From a virus (Duplodnaviria > Caudoviricetes): DNA of 64,000 nt. The notes beneath the pieces were generated by a model, which was not told the origin of the DNA, searched no databases, and worked only from the letters and a program-made list of their open reading frames with translations. Position 1 is the stretch's first letter; every line of letters begins with the position of its first letter. The stretch is from the IMG/VR virus record IMGVR_UViG_3300024967_000001, positions 402-64,401 of that record. One strand, given 5' to 3'. Positions 57,455-64,000 of the stretch are shown here, piece after piece. The position numbers were made by a program, and so were the translations under genes.

Positions 57455-59847
57455 GCCGCCCGTCCTTTTGCATATGCAATATTCCGGTGCTTGATATAGC
57501 CGATAACGTCTGCGCTTGGTTCTGATGGATGAATGCTGCGCTTATTAGCGGGCCACTCGTTGAACTTGTTTCTGAATAGCGCAAGTGCGTAAGAGTCCGG
57601 CTTTGAATTGCGTCTTGCATAGCCTAATAACTCGGAATACCAGCGGCTTTTTTCGGCGGGCGTTGGTTTCTTAACGGCTTTGAGTTCTTTCAATTCTGCT
57701 TGATGGACGGGTATCGCTTCGCCTTTAGGTATCATTTCGTGACCGCAAGCTGGGCAAATCCGGCTTGATCTGAATATAGCACCGCACTTGCACTTAATCT
57801 CTTTCGGCGCTTTCGCGTCCTGCTGTGCGCGCTCCTTGCGCTCTTTAATGGTGGTTTTATCGTCAAGCGTCCATTCGATAGGATCATCTATGCGGCCTAA
57901 CTCTTCGAAGTTGTCGCCGTGATAGATAACTAAGCAGTTGTGAACTAAATTTCCGTTTGCTGTGAATCTTTGTAAGGGCCCAGCATTGAGAATGTCCCAT
58001 ACTTCCCTTTTGGTTTGTCTGAATGGCTGTTGAATCTGTCTATTATCTGTCCATCTGTTAGACCAAGATGAATAAGCCTGTTCAATGTTGAATCTGCATA
58101 CTTTATATGCGGATATGATTCTCTGAATTGAATAAATCGCCTCCTTTTTCCACCATCTGAACAACGGGTATTTGCCTGATTTTGAACAGGAGTTGACCAC
58201 TTCAGATTCCCTGGTTCGTAATGTCTGTTGTTGTCTATTCTGTCTATCTGATATTCCATGCTGCTCGGAATGCCAAGATTCTCCACTATCCAATGAGCCG
58301 CAACATTTGCCGACTCGAAACGAAATTCTATTCCTCTCGCTCCATATCTCTCGTATGCCTGATTTTTCGGATTTAAACATCTGTCCATCTGCCCCTGACA
58401 TCTTTTGTATATCCACAGTGGCGCTTTTATTTTGTTCCTTGGATTGCATACCGGACAAGGCTTTGGATTCTCCCTTTTGCGTATATTGTGATAAAGAGTC
58501 ATAAACTCTTTCCCACATCGCAAGCAAACGACTTCCACCATTAGCCTGTCTCTTTTCCCTTCTGTTTTTCGTGAAATTATTTTCACTAATCCGAATTGCT
58601 CTCCTACCAAATCCAGATTTAATAATCCGCAATCGTCTGTTAGCCGCTTCTGAGAACTTTTTCCAACCTTCATCTGTCATTACCCTATGGTCTGGTGTTG
58701 CAATAAGGCCGCTGTACTCAATAGTGCTTTTAACACCCTTGCAGACAGCTCCGCCATGTTCAACCCATGATACACCATCCCATAGCTTATGATAAAGTGT
58801 TATATCTTGTATTTTTACAAGTCCTTTATCCGTTAAAATCAATGTATCCCTGGCGATACAATCTTCCTTGCCTGGGTGTAATCGACTGCCGCGCCCTAGC
58901 ATTTGAATCCATGCCGAGATATTGCGCGTTACCCTGGCCACGATGACGCAGGAAATAATCGGCCAGTCCGTACCAAAGGCCATCACGCCAATATTTACGA
59001 TTACTTTTGTTTGCCCTGATTCCACGCGCTGTTTAATGGCTTCACGTTCTTCGGTCGGTGTGCTGCCGTCGATGTATTCAACGCTCACGCCGTGATTTTT
59101 AAACTCGTCGTGTATGTGCCGAGCATGTTTGCAGTTCACCGCAAAAATCAGCGTGGTACGATCCCCGGCAATGCGCTTGTAGTTGTCGTAAATAGCGCCA
59201 ATCAGTTCCGGCTTGTCGCTGGCTTCGGCAAGGCTCTTTTCCTGATAGTCGCCGTCTTTGTCCAGCTTTACCGCGGCCAAATCCGGTGCATCGGCCCCGA
59301 AGTAGCGCATCGGTACTAAAAACCCGTTTTCTACCATTTCTGCCATAGTCGGGCCTTGCACAATATCGGTATAAAAAGCACCCATACCTTTTCCGTTTGC
59401 CAGTGCCGGTGTGCTGGTCAAGCCGATTACGATAGGATATTGAGCCAGTAAATCTAATCGGGCCTTGCTAAAGGTCGCGTGGCATTCATCAGCAAGGACA
59501 ATCGCCGCCTCCGGTGCCTGAATACGCCCCGTAGCTACGCGGGAGGTGATGGTGTCAAAGCTTCCCACCTGAGCCAATGCGCCATGAAACGCTCTTTCCC
59601 CAGCCATGATAAGGCCGGCATTAATGTTGAACTTGTTCAGTGTTTCTGCCGTCTGGTACACGAGCTGCCGCCTTGGGGCGAGAAAGATTGATTTTTTTAA
59701 CTTGTCTTTAGCCCCTCTCATAATTTCAGATGCAATCACGGTTTTGCCGCCACCTACGTACAACTGGATGATGATTCTTCTATGCCCAGCCATGATGGAT
59801 TGGCGCAGGTCGTTTATTAGTTTTGTCTGATATGGCCTAAGTTCCAT
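57451..59847 (-). CDS. SF2 DEAD/DEAH helicase containing an intein
   Basis: LRPYQ, GGGKT, DECH, Q..GRG.R, C-terminal zinc finger; interrupted by a Hint domain. Confidence 0.92.
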   Translation of the reverse strand: MELRPYQTKLINDLRQSIMAGHRRIIIQLYVGGGKTVIASEIMRGAKDKLKKSIFLAPRRQLVYQTAETLNKFNINAGLIMAGERAFHGALAQVGSFDTITSRVATGRIQAPEAAIVLADECHATFSKARLDLLAQYPIVIGLTSTPALANGKGMGAFYTDIVQGPTMAEMVENGFLVPMRYFGADAPDLAAVKLDKDGDYQEKSLAEASDKPELIGAIYDNYKRIAGDRTTLIFAVNCKHARHIHDEFKNHGVSVEYIDGSTPTEEREAIKQRVESGQTKVIVNIGVMAFGTDWPIISCVIVARVTRNISAWIQMLGRGSRLHPGKEDCIARDTLILTDKGLVKIQDITLYHKLWDGVSWVEHGGAVCKGVKSTIEYSGLIATPDHRVMTDEGWKKFSEAANRRLRIIKSGFGRRAIRISENNFTKNRREKRQANGGSRLLAMWERVYDSLSQYTQKGESKALSGMQSKEQNKSATVDIQKMSGADGQMFKSEKSGIREIWSERNRISFRVGKCCGSLDSGESWHSEQHGISDRQNRQQQTLRTRESEVVNSCSKSGKYPLFRWWKKEAIYSIQRIISAYKVCRFNIEQAYSSWSNRWTDNRQIQQPFRQTKREVWDILNAGPLQRFTANGNLVHNCLVIYHGDNFEELGRIDDPIEWTLDDKTTIKERKERAQQDAKAPKEIKCKCGAIFRSSRICPACGHEMIPKGEAIPVHQAELKELKAVKKPTPAEKSRWYSELLGYARRNSKPDSYALALFRNKFNEWPANKRSIHPSEPSADVIGYIKHRNIAYAKGRAA
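57937..58860 (-). mobile_element. Intein (308 aa)
   Basis: Starts CIARDTLILT (block A), TPDH (block B), VWDI (block F), ends HN followed by extein C. Confidence 0.92.
57945..58673 (-). CDS. HNH homing endonuclease in the +1 frame inside the intein
   Basis: RC.NP....Y..YGARGI, QIDRIDN...YEPGNL.W. Confidence 0.85.
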   Translation of the reverse strand: MKVGKSSQKRLTDDCGLLNLDLVGEQFGLVKIISRKTEGKRDRLMVEVVCLRCGKEFMTLYHNIRKRENPKPCPVCNPRNKIKAPLWIYKRCQGQMDRCLNPKNQAYERYGARGIEFRFESANVAAHWIVENLGIPSSMEYQIDRIDNNRHYEPGNLKWSTPVQNQANTRCSDGGKRRRFIQFRESYPHIKYADSTLNRLIHLGLTDGQIIDRFNSHSDKPKGKYGTFSMLGPYKDSQQTEI

Positions 59848-59848
59848 G

Positions 59849-60505
59849 TTATGCCACCTCTTTGCGATACCGTTTCTCAAGGAATACTTGCCCTTTACCC
59901 GTGACCATTGTGGTGAAGGCCGGGTGCGTCTTGCCGTTTCTGTCGGTATAAGGAATCTGCTCAATCACCACGAAGCAGCCCTGGTCGATGTAACGCTGAT
60001 ACGGCAAGTTGTTGGACATTAAGATTTCGTCATCACGCATCAGTTTGAACAGTTTATTGCGGCCTGTTCCTATCGTCTTGGCGAAGTCACCTACCGCGCA
60101 AGCACCCTGCATATTGCGAACGGCATTGGCAAACTCAATGCGCGGCTTGGCTTGCTCAAGCGCATCCAGAGCATCGGCATACAGGCGCAATGCTTCCGAG
60201 TGTGTTGGCATCGCTGGCTGTTGTGCTTTTGATTCCAACTCTTGCCAGCGGTCAATAATCGCCAGTCTATATTTTGCAGAATAACCGGCTACAACCAAAT
60301 CGCACTCTCGGCGCGGCAGGTTGAAGCAAGGTTTTTCACGATTCATGCTATCCAAATAGATAGTCTGGAAAACCGAACTATCTATTTCAACCTCTGCCAG
60401 TATTCGTTTTATGTCGCCAATCACTACGGCGTGTGTTTTACCTGTCAATTCCGCTATTTCAAGCGATGACATAGTTTGCTTTGTTTGGGTACTTAATGTT
60501 TTCAT
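59849..60505 (-). CDS. Rha plus KilAC (ANT) antirepressor
   Basis: MSSLEIAELTGK.H, GYS...R..II.RWQELE, N.PYQ.Y, VTGKGQ. Confidence 0.88.
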   Translation of the reverse strand: MKTLSTQTKQTMSSLEIAELTGKTHAVVIGDIKRILAEVEIDSSVFQTIYLDSMNREKPCFNLPRRECDLVVAGYSAKYRLAIIDRWQELESKAQQPAMPTHSEALRLYADALDALEQAKPRIEFANAVRNMQGACAVGDFAKTIGTGRNKLFKLMRDDEILMSNNLPYQRYIDQGCFVVIEQIPYTDRNGKTHPAFTTMVTGKGQVFLEKRYRKEVA

Positions 60506-60536
60506 GTTATGATATTTCCCGTTGGTTAATTTCAAC

Positions 60537-60578
60537 AAAAGCCCCAGCCATGATTGACGTCAGTTGGGGCTTTTCTTT
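60537..60578. terminator. Terminator-like hairpin upstream of the antirepressor
   Basis: AAAAGCCCCA...TGGGGCTTTT. Confidence 0.6.
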
Positions 60579-60583
60579 GCCTG

Positions 60584-60829
60584 TTATTCAGGCGTTTCTT
60601 GCCTTTCTCTAAATCCTGTTAGCCACCAATTACTGAACGCGATCGTTGCGCGCGTTGTAAACGGATTCGCTGTTTCATCTAAGCCTTTCTCGAAAGCAGC
60701 AACACCTGCTGCATATGCCTTGTAAGCTTTCGTACCTTTTTGCGGTTTCATTAACTCCATCCTTACCATGTGATTGATGATGTTCGTTTGATACACATCC
60801 ACTTGGTTAGGATGCTTTTCAATTCGCAT
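60584..60829 (-). CDS. Hypothetical protein (Rmf/CrpP-like C-terminal motif)
   Basis: G..AF..G....NP.......W..GF. Confidence 0.5.
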   Translation of the reverse strand: MRIEKHPNQVDVYQTNIINHMVRMELMKPQKGTKAYKAYAAGVAAFEKGLDETANPFTTRATIAFSNWWLTGFRERQETPE

Positions 60830-61231
60830 TGTTTTAATGTGACGATTAGATACAGCAAGGTCAGAGAGCGTTAACTCAATTCCTATTGTTTTTGTGCTAA
60901 TCGTCAAGGTTACACAGACTATGGAATACCTCCGTGACACCCAGTGGATTCACGGAATGGAGGGTTCTTGCTCTCCCCCTGGTAGCGTTCGTATTCGTTC
61001 GCCGGTAGCAGTGTTAGCGTGCTCCGTCTTGGCTGCTCTCTACGCAAATCCAGTAATTGCCATCAAAGGCTTGCATCATCCCTAGTCAAAGCTTATAAAT
61101 CTTTGTCCTATCCAGCGCACCACCGCTATTTTGGGAATCCGTTTTACTGGGTACGGTTTTAGCCAACTCATAACCCCTTTACTTCATTTGCCCCAACTTC
61201 TAAAGCGCCGGAAGCATCGCGCTAAATAATC

Positions 61232-61630
61232 TTATTTGCCCATCAGTGCCAACAAAGCATCAACATCAGCCTGAGTATTTAATGGCACCGTAAACGCCTG
61301 AAACACAGCCATATCGCGGCTAATTTCCAGCATCTTGCGGGTATCTTTCAGAAAGTCGCGCGTGGCATACACCAACGCACATTCCCGGCACTCGTCTTTA
61401 AACCCGGCGCCCGTTGTGGACACCATGACTTCATGCGCGTTACCAGTCGCCGTGATCTCGTACAACTCGCCCCAGGCGGTCTTGATGCAACTGGCAATCG
61501 CCAGTGTCAGTTTTCCGTTCATTTTCAGGACGCACTCAACGCGCTCCCCGTTTCTTATTCTTGTTAGCAGAAAGTCATAGTCGCTGTCTTGGTCCGGGTG
61601 CTGGTCTATCCACTGTTGAGCTGAATTCAT
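61232..61630 (-). CDS. Hypothetical protein
   Basis: ORF in the PR operon. Confidence 0.55.
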   Translation of the reverse strand: MNSAQQWIDQHPDQDSDYDFLLTRIRNGERVECVLKMNGKLTLAIASCIKTAWGELYEITATGNAHEVMVSTTGAGFKDECRECALVYATRDFLKDTRKMLEISRDMAVFQAFTVPLNTQADVDALLALMGK

Positions 61631-61688
61631 TATTCTTATATCCGCCGGTAGGTATTAATGCCTAAGTAAATTTGCGTAAGACTATGAT

Positions 61689-61883
61689 CTATATATTATT
61701 TATATTGATCTGTAGCGCTTCGATCATTATTCTTGTTTCATGTTCTTTTTCTTCAATGTCTTTAACCACGAGATTAAACATGTACTCAGACGGTGTAACC
61801 CCGGCGACATTGGCAAGATTAAACACCTTGCGCTTGACTTCTTCGGGGCCGGTGAATGAGAAAACAGCATCTTTTTTAGCCAT
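61689..61883 (-). CDS. Small regulator, ribbon-helix-helix-like, in the cII position
   Basis: VFSF.....K....LA...G.TPSEY. Confidence 0.55.
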   Translation of the reverse strand: MAKKDAVFSFTGPEEVKRKVFNLANVAGVTPSEYMFNLVVKDIEEKEHETRIMIEALQININNI

Positions 61884-62160
61884 GAGGTTCAACCATGAAA
61901 CATGTCAGTGAATACATACTGGAAATAACCCAGCTCCAAACCCTCTTGCAATCGCGCTTAAACGAGCAGGAGGCGTTAATCTCAACGATAACTGCCAATC
62001 CTGACAGCATCAGCACATTAGCCACTTTGCCGAAGCTTGAGGCCGATCTGTGCGTATCACATCAACTTAGCAGCCGGATCAATAAGGTCATCCATGCAGC
62101 TAACTCCCATCGGTAAAAAAAGCCCTGTGTGACCAGGGCGAACAGGAGGAATGGAAATTG

Positions 62161-62358
62161 TTACGAAGATGCAAGGTCGTGCAGAGTAATAGCCCCATCA
62201 GTAACACTTACAATCGTGTTCCACAGTTTTCTTCTTGGGTGACGATTTCCGTTTGCCCAAGACCTAACTGTGACTTCTTCAACTCCAATAAGGTCAGCAA
62301 GCTCTTGCCTTGCAGCCGCTTTGTTACTGGATGATTCAATGAATTCTCTTATGTTCAT
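62161..62358 (-). CDS. cro: Cro-like repressor
   Basis: HTH LADLIGV...TVRSWANG.R.P; divergent from cI. Confidence 0.8.
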   Translation of the reverse strand: MNIREFIESSSNKAAARQELADLIGVEEVTVRSWANGNRHPRRKLWNTIVSVTDGAITLHDLASS

Positions 62359-62364
62359 GATGCA

Positions 62365-62412
62365 AAGATACAATATGTATCTCGAAAACGCAAGCGATAA
62401 TACGAAATGTGG
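62365..62412. promoter_or_regulatory. OR operator and PR promoter
   Basis: AGATAC-AATAT-GTATCT palindrome; minus-strand TTGCGT-17bp-TATCTT. Confidence 0.7.
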
Positions 62413-62449
62413 CGTTGTTTTTTTGGACTCATCTTGTATTCTAAAGAGC

Positions 62450-62839
62450 ATGAAATGGTATGAAAAAGCAAAGCGCTTAATGACAATAAAAAAAATACGC
62501 CAAGAAGATCTAGTCGATGTATTTGGCGTGACTACGCGTGGAGCTGTCGGCCACTATCTGACCGGAAGGAGGCAGCCAGATCCATCACAAATGAAGGCGT
62601 TAGCTGATAGATTAGGCTGCACACTTGATGAGTTGCTGGAGCCGAGCGAGCCAGATCCTGTGCAAATGAAAATCAACAAGATAATAAAATCCGCTGAATT
62701 AGCCATGAATGCATCGACTCATAAATTCAGCGAAACTGAGCGCCTAAGAGTTTTTAGGCTGGCATTTTCTGCCGGATTAGATGAAGGCATCACTGATGAG
62801 CAACTAGCCGCCTACCTAGATGGGTTTATTAAGAAGTAA
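62450..62839 (+). CDS. cI: CI-like XRE repressor without a peptidase S24 domain
   Basis: W...AK..M....I.QE.L....GV.TRGAVGHYL.GRR.P. Confidence 0.8.
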   Translation: MKWYEKAKRLMTIKKIRQEDLVDVFGVTTRGAVGHYLTGRRQPDPSQMKALADRLGCTLDELLEPSEPDPVQMKINKIIKSAELAMNASTHKFSETERLRVFRLAFSAGLDEGITDEQLAAYLDGFIKK

Positions 62840-63062
62840 TTAAGCAAATTGTAGCCACTGATTATTTATGTAAGTATATACGCGCAAATACCTACATAAA
62901 CCCAGAGAGCAACAATGATAGATGATACAGAAATAGATATTGCCGCGTATCTTGCTGCAATAGAAGAGGTGCGTAAAATTGAAGAAGAAAACGGAATTAT
63001 AAGTAATTTAAAAATTGAGGAGGACGATTCTTTAATAAATGCCCACTAAATAGATCCAGTAA

Positions 63063-63098
63063 GCACAAAAAAAAGCCGCTTAATTGCGGTTTTTGTGC
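63063..63098. terminator. Bidirectional terminator
   Basis: A-tract, CCGC/GCGG stem, T-tract; similar to 21-50. Confidence 0.65.
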
Positions 63099-63307
63099 CA
63101 GAAGCCCATAGGATCATAAATTTAATCAGCAACTTAATTTCAGAAATCGACAAGATACATCCGATAGCCGGGATAGCTAATAAATTGGCGTGGGTTAAAG
63201 ATTAAGTCAGAGTTATAGCGAAAGAACAGCTACGGATCGGGCTTCTACTTGGCTTTAGATATATCTGCTTTCAAGCTCCGCACATCCATTTTTAGAGAAT
63301 ATATTTC

Positions 63308-63799
63308 ATGACTGACCCAATTATCCTTGCTTCCGCAGGGCTTACTGCTTATAACCACGCTAGCAATATCATCAAGTCTCTTTTTGAGTTGAAAACAAGC
63401 ACGGCTATTATCGGACAGCTCAATATTCTTAATAAAGAAATCTTCGCCATTCACACTAGCAATCTTGAGCTTCAGCAAGAACTCGCGGCGGCGCATACAG
63501 AAATAGCAAATCTCAAGAAAAAGATTGCTAGCTTTGAAGCATGGGACAATCAGAAGAATCGCTATGAACTTCATTCCCCATGGAGCGGCGCCTTGGTTTA
63601 TGCGATCACAGAGGCTAACAGCAATGGAGAACCACCGCATTGGCTTTGCACACAATGCTTCGATAACCAAAAGCGCTCCTTCCTCAATGCTAGAAAAAAT
63701 GGATCTGGATATGAGGAGTTTTTTTGCACCTGCGGAAACATTGTTACTTCGTATCATCGTGGCCGTTATCAAATTGAATATTGTCCAGCAAAAGCCTAA
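63308..63799 (+). CDS. Immunity-region accessory protein: coiled coil plus zinc ribbon
   Basis: HWLC..CF...K.S.L...C.C. Confidence 0.65.
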   Translation: MTDPIILASAGLTAYNHASNIIKSLFELKTSTAIIGQLNILNKEIFAIHTSNLELQQELAAAHTEIANLKKKIASFEAWDNQKNRYELHSPWSGALVYAITEANSNGEPPHWLCTQCFDNQKRSFLNARKNGSGYEEFFCTCGNIVTSYHRGRYQIEYCPAKA

Positions 63800-64000
63800 T
63801 CTCGCAATCAACTAGACCGCCTAAGAAGTTTTTTTAGCCTATCCCATCAGTCGCTTTGGTATACGATTTTATGAATCTCATAATTAACAAAGCCAACAAA
63901 AATGCCAAAGAGACTTAAAACAATAAAAGAAGTTATGGCGGCAATTGGCGTAATAAATAAGTCCATAATCCAGGCGATAAAAAAGCCAAAGCAATACATG

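Noticed and set aside
63245-63811. 188-aa minus-strand ORF
   Set aside because: Shadow of the better-supported plus-strand gene 63308-63799

Overview
The window is almost entirely one temperate tailed phage, probably a podovirus of a Gammaproteobacterium, and looks close to a complete circularly permuted genome: it starts at the PL promoter/operators and ends just after cI. The attP (3' half of tRNA-Thr(CGT) plus arm repeats) is intact between xis and int, so this is the excised form. Order: early recombination operon (Sak-like, Gp157), xis/attP/int, a small-gene accessory array, lysis genes, an inverted accessory island with a tRNA(CAT), a 3035-aa polyvalent virion protein, tail/head genes (N4-gp56-type capsid, portal, terminase), nucleotide-metabolism and nin-like genes, primase, an intein-containing helicase, antirepressor, cro/cI. 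Two features stand out. (1) Accessory genes at 7.6-9.7 kb and 14.0-14.7 kb are bounded by integron attC-like sites with complementary cores and attI-like ends, although the phage encodes no IntI. (2) The helicase intein encodes its HNH endonuclease in an overlapping +1 frame. All calls come from reading the sequence; no database searches were run.
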